Source of the DNA: a virus
Direction: 5' to 3' (one strand)
Length of the DNA: 64,000 nt
IMG/VR virus record: IMGVR_UViG_3300046542_000332
Coordinates: 1-64,000 of that record
The position numbers and the translations under genes are program-made. This document shows positions 47,146-55,649 of the stretch, one piece after another; the stretch's first letter is position 1; each line of letters starts with the position of its first letter. The notes beneath the pieces were generated by a model, which was not told the origin of the DNA, searched no databases, and saw only the letters and a list, made by a program, of their open reading frames with translations.

Positions 47146-48711
47146 TTAAGTGATTCCGGCAAGAGCCTCGCGGGCAGCATCAAGTGCGGCCTGTCGCCTG
47201 TCCGTACTGAGGCTGACGGCTTCGCCTTGCGCAGGAACGTAGTCCGCCGACTCCAGGAACGCCATGGCGATGGTGTCCAAAAGGTCGGGGGATGGTAGAC
47301 CCTCGGCGGCCATGTCCTGCTTGCGGGCGATGTGGTACCGCCCCAGCTCGTCCAGGAAGTAAGGAATACGGCTGCCCTGGTCGATCAGATCCTTTTTGTA
47401 CTGGCTCGACAGGCGTACCACGCCGTCCTTGATCGCCTCGACCGCGTGCACGGTGCACTGCGCCCGCTGGTTGAGGAATCGCTTGCGGTAGTCGTTGGAG
47501 AACGGCAGTTCGCCCCAGCGCACGCCCTTGGCATGGATACCGCCGCCCGACAGCTCTATCAGCCGCTTGAGGAACTGGTTACCCATGCCGTTGGTGTCGA
47601 CGATGATCGTCACGTTGGAGAATTGCGCGGCGTAGTCCAGCACCTTGACCGCCACCGGTGTCCAGTCCTCGGTGTTGGTGTAGACCGGCACGCCCACCAC
47701 TTCAATCCGGCGCCGGTCGGCGGTCATTCGATCCCCGTTGCCGATCACCTTCATATGCGTGGCCACGGTCTTGTCTCGCCCTACGCCAGCCGCCACGTCG
47801 ACCACGATCAGGTGACCGTATGCCTCGCCCGGCAGGATGACGTTCGGGCCTTCAATGACGCGCTCAAGGGCTGCCTGGCTGAGCAGGTACTTGCTTGAGT
47901 TTGTCGGGAACATGCCCCGGACCTTGATCTGGTATTCCATTTCATCGCGCCCACCGTACTGAATGAGCTTTTCCTTGATGAACTCGATCCCCACGAGCGT
48001 GCTCTCTTCGGAGCTGAACGTGAGGCTTGTCCACGCCCCGCCCTGGCGCTTGCTCTTGCTATGGTGCGAGTCACGGAAGAACCCGCTACTACGGGTTGGC
48101 TGGCTGGCCATGATGAACCGGTTACGCGGGTCCGTGAGGGCGCCGCCGATAACGCCGAAGTTTTCGTCCGGGATGCCTGAGGCTTCGTCCGCCATCCACA
48201 TCAGATAGTCGCCGTGGGTACCGGCCAGGTTCTCAGGCGAGCCGCGTGGCGCTGTACGGGTGGTGACGTACCAGATCGCCGACTTGGTGTTGATGTAGAC
48301 CTTTTCGGCCTGGATGGTGATGTACTGCGCGATCCAGGCGTGCGGGCCTTTCTCGATCTGCGCCTTGAGGGTGGTGATTTCCTTCCACACACCCTCTCGC
48401 ACCGTCTTGAGCTTCGGCGCGGTGATGTAGGTGTTGGAGTTGCGATAGCAGAGCAGGTGCCACAGGGCGATAACGCCGAAGGATCTCGTTTTTCCAGTCC
48501 CGTGGCCAGACGCCACCGACACCCGGCAACCATAGGGCGATGCCTCGTCGAATAGTTCCTTCTGCTGGTGCGTTACAGGCTTGCCCACAATGCCCATGCC
48601 GCAGACTTCGACCGCGAACTTGTACTGTTCGAAGGCGTACCGGGCGACGAACGCGGGCCAACGCGGATCCGCGTCGAGCACCAACTGTTTTTCTTTCTTC
48701 GCCTTGGCCAT
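47146..48711 (-). CDS. pacB: Terminase large subunit PacB
   Basis: Walker A SGHGTGKT, Walker B WMADEASG, nuclease VDVAAG and SPDLLD. Confidence 0.9.
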   Translation of the reverse strand: MAKAKKEKQLVLDADPRWPAFVARYAFEQYKFAVEVCGMGIVGKPVTHQQKELFDEASPYGCRVSVASGHGTGKTRSFGVIALWHLLCYRNSNTYITAPKLKTVREGVWKEITTLKAQIEKGPHAWIAQYITIQAEKVYINTKSAIWYVTTRTAPRGSPENLAGTHGDYLMWMADEASGIPDENFGVIGGALTDPRNRFIMASQPTRSSGFFRDSHHSKSKRQGGAWTSLTFSSEESTLVGIEFIKEKLIQYGGRDEMEYQIKVRGMFPTNSSKYLLSQAALERVIEGPNVILPGEAYGHLIVVDVAAGVGRDKTVATHMKVIGNGDRMTADRRRIEVVGVPVYTNTEDWTPVAVKVLDYAAQFSNVTIIVDTNGMGNQFLKRLIELSGGGIHAKGVRWGELPFSNDYRKRFLNQRAQCTVHAVEAIKDGVVRLSSQYKKDLIDQGSRIPYFLDELGRYHIARKQDMAAEGLPSPDLLDTIAMAFLESADYVPAQGEAVSLSTDRRQAALDAAREALAGIT

Positions 48712-48756
48712 GCCATCCCTTAAAACGCAAAAAGGGCCGAATTACCGGCCCTTGAC

Positions 48757-48798
48757 ACCTTAACGCTCGATTTGTTGGCGCTTACCGCCCGCTTTGCG
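48757..48798 (-). promoter_or_regulatory. Late promoter (CGCAAAGC ... TAAGGT) directly upstream of pacB, initiating inside a terminator hairpin (48729-48753)
   Basis: GCAAA-30-YANNNT consensus. Confidence 0.5.
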
Positions 48799-49471
48799 CG
48801 CCTTCCAGGGTGCAAACGTCCCACGGCCCGCCCTGGTCCTTGCTCAGCTTTCCGCGTGTGGCGGCCGCATACCCCGACTCACGCCAAGGCCTATTGGTGA
48901 GCACCATGCCGTTGCCCGGATCGGTCATATGGGCGCACGCCATGTAGAAACACGCATCAGGGATGTCGTGGGCTTCCTCCATCAGCCAGCAAACGTGCTC
49001 ACCGTAGAAGCCGGCCAGCGCCTCGGGCATTCTCGCGTCGGCACAGAGGAACCGGATTTTCGCGCCCATGGACTGGCGCCTCAGGTGGATCTGGTGAGCG
49101 TCAAGGCTGATATAGGCGCGCAACCAGCTATGGGAGCCCTCGACCATCCAAGTCAGCAAGCGCACGTATTGCTGCTTACGTGCACGGCCGCCTCCATGAG
49201 GAATGACCACCAGGGTTTGGGATTCGGGGCGACACAGCAGGCGCCAGATCGCGATAGGCGCCATCGGGCTGATGCCATCCCATCCATGCAGGTCGATGTC
49301 GGTGGCGATGGACACACGGCAGCCAGGGAGCGAGGCAAGGCAGTAGACGTGGGCGAGTGCTGGCGTTACCTCCATGCCGAAGACATCAGCGGCAAACGCG
49401 CACAGGTCGTTGGCGTAACGCTCGATGAACGCTGGCCACCGCGCATCCTCATAGAGCGGTGTCAGGCTCAT
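48782..49471 (-). CDS. Truncated PacB paralogue (ATPase domain only, Walker A lost)
   Basis: Colinear similarity to about the first 235 residues of the adjacent PacB; GHGTGKT replaced by DIDLHG. Confidence 0.8.
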   Translation of the reverse strand: MSLTPLYEDARWPAFIERYANDLCAFAADVFGMEVTPALAHVYCLASLPGCRVSIATDIDLHGWDGISPMAPIAIWRLLCRPESQTLVVIPHGGGRARKQQYVRLLTWMVEGSHSWLRAYISLDAHQIHLRRQSMGAKIRFLCADARMPEALAGFYGEHVCWLMEEAHDIPDACFYMACAHMTDPGNGMVLTNRPWRESGYAAATRGKLSKDQGGPWDVCTLEGAQSGR

Positions 49472-50058
49472 CGGGACGCCTCCAGCAACTTGGCGCGCTC
49501 CAGCTCGGAAAAGATCAGCGCCACCGCCTTGGTCAGCGCCTCAGCTGGCGGGCACACTTTGATTTTCGACTTGAACGGCCAGAAGCTGGTGTAGCGCATC
49601 GGGTACACACCGCCCGCCTGCATCGCGTAGCACGCCGCTGCACGCGCCAGCTCGCCGGCCTGGTACTGCTCCAGGTCGGTGGCCAGCGTATAGCCCTCTT
49701 CCTCGCGCTGGCGCTTGTGCTCATTGAGCGCCGCCATCACTTCCGGGCTCACCCCCGGAACGTTCGCATGCAGCGGCATGGCCGGCTCATAGCCCAAGGC
49801 TCGACGCTTTGGCCAGCTCGGCGACTCGGGACCGGTCGGGCGCTGTAGGACGATGCCCACCGCCTTGCCGCCGCGACGGTTCACCCACGCCAGCGGCGGC
49901 TCGCCACGGTCGCCAAACGGAAACGCCACGCTCTTCCACACCGCATAGGCCGCTTGTGTGTGGTCGTTGACGTACTCGGGGCCGACCTGCTCCAGGTCCG
50001 TGATACCGGCCTGGCGCGCGGCATACTCAAAATCAGCCCGGTTCAAGAAGAGCGACAT
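49468..50058 (-). CDS. Conserved phage protein
   Basis: EHKRQREEEGY...GELARAAACYA...WPF...LTKAVALIFSELER family motif. Confidence 0.7.
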   Translation of the reverse strand: MSLFLNRADFEYAARQAGITDLEQVGPEYVNDHTQAAYAVWKSVAFPFGDRGEPPLAWVNRRGGKAVGIVLQRPTGPESPSWPKRRALGYEPAMPLHANVPGVSPEVMAALNEHKRQREEEGYTLATDLEQYQAGELARAAACYAMQAGGVYPMRYTSFWPFKSKIKVCPPAEALTKAVALIFSELERAKLLEASR

Positions 50059-50510
50059 CAGCTGCGCCCCTCTTCCACCAGGATCGGGACGAACTTCAAC
50101 CGATCCTCAATCAACGCCACGTCGGCGGCGGTATAACCTCGCGCCAGACGCCCGTTTACCAGCGGCACCAGTAACGTGCGGTGAATCTTGGTCCCGTGCG
50201 CCACATAGTCACGCAGGCCGCGCAGCACCACCGCCTCGGAGCCCTTGTAGGGGAACCCCAGCCAGAAGCCGTTGGCGCCCTTGGCAGTGCTGTGCAGGTC
50301 GATGGTCGGCGTTTCCGGGTTGTGGTCGCGGAAATGGACGCGGCCGTCCACGGTCAGGCGCAACCGGCACAAGTCGCCGTCGGTGTTCGCCCACATCTTG
50401 GTGCCGACCTTGGCTATCTCGGCCAGCACCGTGTTGGCGTGGCGCAGGCGCATCAGGCGAGTTTCCCGGTGCAGGTTGGTGGCGCGTGGCTTGCTCTCTG
50501 GCTGACTCAT
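50058..50510 (-). CDS. Hypothetical phage protein
   Basis: GRVHFRD...WLGFPYKG...LRDYV; TGATG coupling to the next gene. Confidence 0.65.
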   Translation of the reverse strand: MSQPESKPRATNLHRETRLMRLRHANTVLAEIAKVGTKMWANTDGDLCRLRLTVDGRVHFRDHNPETPTIDLHSTAKGANGFWLGFPYKGSEAVVLRGLRDYVAHGTKIHRTLLVPLVNGRLARGYTAADVALIEDRLKFVPILVEEGRS

Positions 50511-50712
50511 AAGGGACTCACTGCATTTTCAATTGAAGTTGGGCGCGGGTGCATTCGTGGGCGCCGTGAGGCAGGGCGCTGGTGCCCCGCTCACAGTTCC
50601 GACGCTTGCAGTCCTGGCAAAGGGTATGGGGACCGCGCGAACGCCCCGCAGGGCGCCACACGACCCTATCCCCGCCGCAGTAACGGCAAAGCATGGGTTT
50701 GTATACTCCCGG

Positions 50713-51333
50713 TCAATCCCCGGCCTGGGTGGTGCGATGTTTGATCATCAAGTCCGCGTACTCCCAGCGGCGAATAACATGCTGCTCCAGCTCTTGCTCA
50801 GTGGGATGCTTCCCCAAAGGAGGGATAGGCGCATGCAGGGCGAAGTCGTCGCGCAGGTCGCTCAGGTACTGCGCATCGCCCGTCGACTTGAGCGACACAC
50901 CTTGAGTGCTGACCAGCTGAGCAGTGGTTGTCTTGAGTGATTCACGAAAGGCCTTACGTTGCTCATGGAGCGGCTGGTGCTCAGGGGCTGGTGCGCACTC
51001 ACGCGGCAAGTCCAAGGCCGCACGCGCCACGGCACGCTCGGCCGCTTGACGCTCGGCGCGGACCTGGCCAACGGCGGTATTCAATGGCGTTCTGAGAAAG
51101 CCGTCAACATAGGAGCGCAGCAGCTGGGGGGTTACCGGCGCACCCGCACGGCCGCGCTCAATCGGCAGCCAGCGAGTACCACCGGGCACCTGAACGTGGA
51201 AAAACTGTCCAGCCCCCGAATCGCGCACCCGCAGGCCGCTTTCCACCAGGTATGCACGGAATGCCGGGATCTGCTCCGCACTCACCAGGCCGGTATCATT
51301 AACAATGGTCGTTGTAGCCGCTACGTTCTGCAT
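50713..51333 (-). CDS. Hypothetical protein
   Basis: AGGAG RBS; C-terminal LRDDFA...YADLMI motif. Confidence 0.65.
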   Translation of the reverse strand: MQNVAATTTIVNDTGLVSAEQIPAFRAYLVESGLRVRDSGAGQFFHVQVPGGTRWLPIERGRAGAPVTPQLLRSYVDGFLRTPLNTAVGQVRAERQAAERAVARAALDLPRECAPAPEHQPLHEQRKAFRESLKTTTAQLVSTQGVSLKSTGDAQYLSDLRDDFALHAPIPPLGKHPTEQELEQHVIRRWEYADLMIKHRTTQAGD

Positions 51334-51338
51334 TGTTA

Positions 51339-51620
51339 CTACTCCTGTGACTTAGCCTTGAATGGCGTTAAGTTTTCTCGCCTGCCTTGGCGTAATGTCG
51401 CCCGCTTCTCTGCCTTCAACGGCAGCGGACGAACCCATATTTGTCCGGTTTTGAACTGGTACAGCTCCCACAGGCCGATCTTCATCGGTACAGAGCCGTC
51501 TTCGTAGGTCTGCCAGGCGCGACGGCTGACATGGATCAGCGCGGCGCTGGCCCGCTGACTCAGGCCGGTGGTAGAGCGCGATTGCTTCACCTGGTCCGCT
51601 GTAGGGCTGCAAGGCTTCAA
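51339..51620 (-). CDS. XRE/KorC-like HTH regulator
   Basis: PTADQVKQSRSTTGLSQRASAALIHVSRRAWQTYEDG...GLWELY. Confidence 0.7.
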   Translation of the reverse strand: MKPCSPTADQVKQSRSTTGLSQRASAALIHVSRRAWQTYEDGSVPMKIGLWELYQFKTGQIWVRPLPLKAEKRATLRQGRRENLTPFKAKSQE

Positions 51621-52702
51621 TTCACGATCCCTATCTTGGCCAGCTCTTCGGCCCGACCGGCCATGGCTGCGCGGTTGGCCTCGGTGTTCGCCTGGGCCTT
51701 AGCCAGGATTTCGTCCAGCTGCTCGTCGCTGACGGCCAATGTCACAGCTACGGCCGGCTCTACGTTCATGTTGAACAGCTTCGCCAGGGAGTCGCGGTAG
51801 CCTTTCTGACTGGCCACCTTGAGTTCGGTCCCGTCCTTGCCTTCCTTCACGCCTTCAAACAGCGTCAGGGCGGCTGGTGACAGGTTGCTGGTGTCCTTGA
51901 ACAGCGCCCGGCCTTCGCCTTCACCGTCGCACTCAGGGCAATCGTAATTGGGTGGCTTGCGGCCGTCGTAGCCAATGCCCCCCAGCTCATCAAACTCGCC
52001 AATGGTCTTGCTCTCGGCCTCGGCGGCGGCTTTATCGGCCTCGTACTGCTGGCGGCGGCGCTCCATTTCACTCGGGCGCAAGTGAAACTTGTGGTCGATG
52101 CCGTAGCAGTAGCGGCAGCACCGACGCACGTACTCGACCAGCTCACGCGGATCGGCAAACGACGCCGCGTGATAGGTGGCAATGAGCTGGTTTTGAACGT
52201 CGGCCGTGCGTGCAAACAGCTCGACCTGGCGCGCCAGGGTATAGGGGTGGTTCTTAACCTTACTTAGCAGTCGACTGGCAGCCGCTGAGGCCACGTTGTC
52301 GTTCTTGCAGGTAAAGCCCGCATCCCGGTAGGACTGGCTCGCGTTGTAGGTCACTAACCACAGGTCGACAAACTTCGCCTGGCGAGCGTCCAACCCTTGG
52401 AAAGCCGCCATTTCCATGGCTTTGCGCTCTTTCAGGCTGAGCTTTACCGGGTTCTTTATCGCGGTCGTGCCCACCTTGGGCTTGGTGCCCTTAGTCGCCG
52501 GCTTTGCAGCCTTTGCCCCTGGCTTCGCCGCCGCTTTAACCGGCTTTTTGGCTTCCGTGGTGGCCGGCTTTTTGCTGCTTTCCACCTTGTTAGCCTTAAC
52601 TCCACGCGGTTTAGCAGGTTTGCGAGGGCGCGCAGTAGCCACGGACGGGGATAAATCATCCCTCGACACGGCAGGTTTATCAGTCTCTGGCTTGCGCGGC
52701 AT
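51617..52702 (-). CDS. pacA: Terminase small subunit PacA
   Basis: RQAKFVD...NASQSYRDAG...AASRLL; RRCCRYCYG and CPECDGEG zinc motifs; GVKEGKDG. Confidence 0.85.
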   Translation of the reverse strand: MPRKPETDKPAVSRDDLSPSVATARPRKPAKPRGVKANKVESSKKPATTEAKKPVKAAAKPGAKAAKPATKGTKPKVGTTAIKNPVKLSLKERKAMEMAAFQGLDARQAKFVDLWLVTYNASQSYRDAGFTCKNDNVASAAASRLLSKVKNHPYTLARQVELFARTADVQNQLIATYHAASFADPRELVEYVRRCCRYCYGIDHKFHLRPSEMERRRQQYEADKAAAEAESKTIGEFDELGGIGYDGRKPPNYDCPECDGEGEGRALFKDTSNLSPAALTLFEGVKEGKDGTELKVASQKGYRDSLAKLFNMNVEPAVAVTLAVSDEQLDEILAKAQANTEANRAAMAGRAEELAKIGIVN

Positions 52703-52773
52703 CCCTACACCTCATGCGTAATAAGTTCGCTATCAGCCGTGGCAACACGGCCAACCTCTTGCGCTTCACGTTA

Positions 52774-52804
52774 AAAAAATAGCCCGCAGGGCGGGCTATT
52801 CTTT
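52774..52804 (-). terminator. Strong intrinsic terminator
   Basis: aatagcccgc-agg-gcgggctatt with U7 on the minus strand. Confidence 0.8.
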
Positions 52805-53280
52805 TGGGCGTGGATCCTGGATCCCCACCACTATCAGCCAACGGAACGCTGCTGACCGGCGCCGCAAAGGCAGGTAAGTGCCCTCCTCCTGTCGGTTATC
52901 CATGCTGTGATGTTCCGGCGCACTGTCTAAAGGCACCATAGCCCGGTGCGAACCACACACCCGACCACCACAACGAGCGACCGCATAACGCTTTTGAATG
53001 CGCCCCTTAAGCGGGCCAGGCTATTTGCCGAAGCAAATTAGGGTGCAGCAGGTAACGCGCTTAGGCGCATGGTCAACCCGCGTTACTGGCGCCTCAACGG
53101 GTCAAAGATAACCCCGCCATGCTTGCCGCCTTTCGGCCTACTGCATACCGCAGCGCTCTTTTTCAAAGCGCTCCGGTATGCGTAACCCCGTTAAAGACCC
53201 CTCAAACCGCCGAAGTTCGGTTTGAGGGGGTACCACTGCCACCGTTGACAAGCTGGTCACGCCAGTAGGGGCCACGCATG
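52774..53280 (-). ncRNA. Candidate large structured non-coding RNA
   Basis: No ORF in the track; many stems with cUUCGg and GAAA tetraloops on the minus strand, a possible pseudoknot, and a terminator at the end. Confidence 0.45.
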
Positions 53281-53315
53281 GCTATACACCCCCACCTCTC
53301 CAGCACCTGATACCT

Positions 53316-54068
53316 CTAGAACAAAATCTGCTGCACCTGCTTTGCAATCTGTTCCGGCGCAGGATGGATGGGCTCGTAATCAGCCATCGCTTCCTCCCGC
53401 GCTCGGCGGCGTATCTGTTCCGACATACTCCCATGCAGTTCACCCACCAAACGGACGAGCTTTGCACCTCCCCGAATCTCTTCGAACTCGGGGGCATGGG
53501 TTCTGACAACGTTTAGAGCACTGACCAGATCCGTGGCGACGACGGCCAGGTTGGACAAAAGAGCGCGATCCAGGCTCAGTGCCTCGATCATGATGGCGTT
53601 GCGGCGAGTCAGGCCGTCGACGAACTGCCCGAACTGGCCCATTAATGCGGTGCTGATAATCCCCCTGAGTACCGCCTGATTGCCTTCTTCCGGCTCAGCC
53701 AGAATGTCGTCGTGCATGTCAAGAAGGTAATCAGTCGTCACCCCGTACAATTGTGCCATTAAACGCAGGTTCGCCAGGGACGGCAGACGATGGCCATTCT
53801 CGTACAAGCTGATCATCGTTACGCCTTGTTGCGCGAGCGCCAAAGCAGCGGCACTTTCACTGTAGCCGGCCACCTTGCGCGCTCGGCGCAATTTGCACCC
53901 CATGATGCCCATCAGGCGGGTTTCCTCGGCGCGCCGGCGCTCATTCATGCCAGCGCCAACCCCCAAGTCTTCCGACTCATCAAACAACGAAAGAGCCGCG
54001 CCTGGGGCGGTGCCCGGCTGTTCGGCTTGCTCTGTCGCCTTCGAAGCGGTTGGTTTATCCCCGTCCAT
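53316..54068 (-). CDS. XRE-family transcriptional regulator
   Basis: KLRRARKVAGYSESAAA...ISLYENGHRLPS...YGVTTDYLL. Confidence 0.85.
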   Translation of the reverse strand: MDGDKPTASKATEQAEQPGTAPGAALSLFDESEDLGVGAGMNERRRAEETRLMGIMGCKLRRARKVAGYSESAAALALAQQGVTMISLYENGHRLPSLANLRLMAQLYGVTTDYLLDMHDDILAEPEEGNQAVLRGIISTALMGQFGQFVDGLTRRNAIMIEALSLDRALLSNLAVVATDLVSALNVVRTHAPEFEEIRGGAKLVRLVGELHGSMSEQIRRRAREEAMADYEPIHPAPEQIAKQVQQILF

Positions 54069-54109
54069 CTAAAGCACCCTCCCCGGCACGTTTCAACGTC
54101 GGCGATTAG

Positions 54110-54126
54110 AAAGTATCCCTATACAT
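54110..54126 (-). promoter_or_regulatory. 17-bp operator-like site ATGTATAGGGATACTTT (copy 3) filling the spacer of TTGCCA-17-TCTAAT
   Basis: Identical to copy 1; upstream of the XRE gene. Confidence 0.6.
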
Positions 54127-54181
54127 TTGGCAAGCGAGAAAGGCGTAAGTAGTTGGCTATTGGCGCCGCAATATTGACAAC

Positions 54182-54460
54182 TTATTGCGCTTTTTCGACA
54201 GTCTCGTTGTACAGCTCTATCACGCGGGCCTTGAGCCCTTCGGCGTTTGCGGGGTTTTGGTAGGTTTCGCGGTACAGCAGCTCTCGGCGCCGCCGAACAT
54301 CGGAAATTGCCATTAAAAAATGCGCGTCGTACTCAATGCGCAACGGCAATCCTGTAAGACAATGGCGCTTTTTTGGTGCAAAACAATCTCGGCAAAACAT
54401 GATATGGCTAACATATTTTTCGTGGGCCTCGACCACCACCGCCGGCAAGGGCTCACTCAC
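54182..54460 (-). CDS. Small zinc-binding protein
   Basis: HIMFCRDC...C..G..LR..Y; GTG start overlapping the upstream stop. Confidence 0.6.
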   Translation of the reverse strand: MSEPLPAVVVEAHEKYVSHIMFCRDCFAPKKRHCLTGLPLRIEYDAHFLMAISDVRRRRELLYRETYQNPANAEGLKARVIELYNETVEKAQ

Positions 54461-54990
54461 GCGCCAACCTCTTCGATGATCCAACCCCCGCCATCCTTCT
54501 TGGCCTTCGGGAACACCACGCGGAACACAAACGGGTAATCCTTGGCGGCGACCTTCATTTTGACCTTGGCGTCATCCTCATAGATCGCCTTCGCCCCCTT
54601 CACGTCGTGCAGCTCAACCGTACCGTCCGCCAGCTGCACCATGAAATCAGGCGTCAGCGTTGTGAGCGGAGCCAACAGCAGCTTTACGGGTTCGAAACGC
54701 CACCACACCACATCCCCGGCCAGCTTCAACTCGTCCAGGTGCGCCGCGTATTTCGTTTCGGTGGCGTTCATCACTCCTTTCGGCAAGCGCCCCTTGGCCT
54801 GCATACGCTGCTTGGCTGTAGGAGCGGGCTTGCTGGCCGTCACCGGCTCGGGAATCTGCACAGCCTTGGCCGCGCCCCTGCTCGGGGCTTTCCGGACTGT
54901 AGGAGCGGGAGCAGCACCGCCCAGCGCCCGCCGCGTCATGTCCGCCGGGAGGCTCTTCAAATGCTCTTCGCTGATCCATCGTTTCGTCAT
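54457..54990 (-). CDS. DUF1064-like PD-(D/E)xK nuclease
   Basis: MNATETKYA...FEPVKL...TPDF...HDVKG; start MTKRWISE. Confidence 0.7.
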   Translation of the reverse strand: MTKRWISEEHLKSLPADMTRRALGGAAPAPTVRKAPSRGAAKAVQIPEPVTASKPAPTAKQRMQAKGRLPKGVMNATETKYAAHLDELKLAGDVVWWRFEPVKLLLAPLTTLTPDFMVQLADGTVELHDVKGAKAIYEDDAKVKMKVAAKDYPFVFRVVFPKAKKDGGGWIIEEVGA

Positions 54991-55051
54991 GTCCGTATTT
55001 TCCCCACAAAAAAGGCGCCAGCACGGGCGCCCTTTGCATGAATCGAGCGAG

Positions 55052-55333
55052 TCACGCCGCCGGCCTGGCCACCGGCCCCCACTCGACATGGCGCGTCCGG
55101 CCGGTATAGCCACACTCCCGACACCCACCATTGCCACACCCACACCCGCCCATTTCACAGCCACAGCAGCAACCGGAGCAGCGCAGGGTGAACCGGCCTT
55201 GCTCCTGTACCTCGCTACCATCGATCAGGTAATGCCTGCGACGATCCAGGCGGAACCCGGCCAGCTTCTCGGCGTCCTCATAGGTGGCCAGCGTCATAGG
55301 CTTGCCTCGGGTGTAGCGGTAAACGTTACGCAT
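55052..55333 (-). CDS. Small Cys-rich protein
   Basis: CSGCCCGCEMGGCGCGNGGCRECGYTGR. Confidence 0.6.
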   Translation of the reverse strand: MRNVYRYTRGKPMTLATYEDAEKLAGFRLDRRRHYLIDGSEVQEQGRFTLRCSGCCCGCEMGGCGCGNGGCRECGYTGRTRHVEWGPVARPAA

Positions 55334-55649
55334 CGAGCACCGCCGGACTGGCTGAAAACATGTCCACGGTGCTCTCACAGCGATACGGCGCGGTCGGATC
55401 GAATGGCAGCAGATCGACGATCAGGCGCTGATCACCAGACGGCAGGCCATACGGGCAGGCATCGTTCCACTGGCCGTTCTCTACCGTGTCCAGGTCGGCG
55501 CGGGTCTTGATTTCACGGCTGCTTGTGGTTTGCGTAGTCAGCTCACTGCAAATCGAGGACATGTTCCGTTCCGCCCACAGCTCAGCCGCGCTTTCGCTCT
55601 CAGCCGCCACCACCGCCGTTACGGTCACTTCAATTTCAAACACTTTCAT
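55326..55649 (-). CDS. Hypothetical protein
   Basis: Start MKVFEIEV overlapping the NinX stop; C-terminal RCESTVDMF. Confidence 0.6.
   Translation of the reverse strand: MKVFEIEVTVTAVVAAESESAAELWAERNMSSICSELTTQTTSSREIKTRADLDTVENGQWNDACPYGLPSGDQRLIVDLLPFDPTAPYRCESTVDMFSASPAVLDA

Noticed and set aside
51617-52830. P1-type GATC-rich pac site
   Set aside because: No cluster of TGATCA/G hexamers in pacA; only two GATC sites in the upstream ggatcctggatcc
52774-53280. tRNA, tmRNA or a known self-cleaving ribozyme in the structured region
   Set aside because: No TTCGA T-loop cloverleaf or CCA end, and no complete hammerhead (CUGAUGA...GAAA) or pistol core could be assembled by eye
54997-55037. Possible twelfth late promoter overlapping a terminator before the DUF1064-like gene
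   Set aside because: Spacing is off by one, the -10 box is poor, and it would require a leaderless transcript
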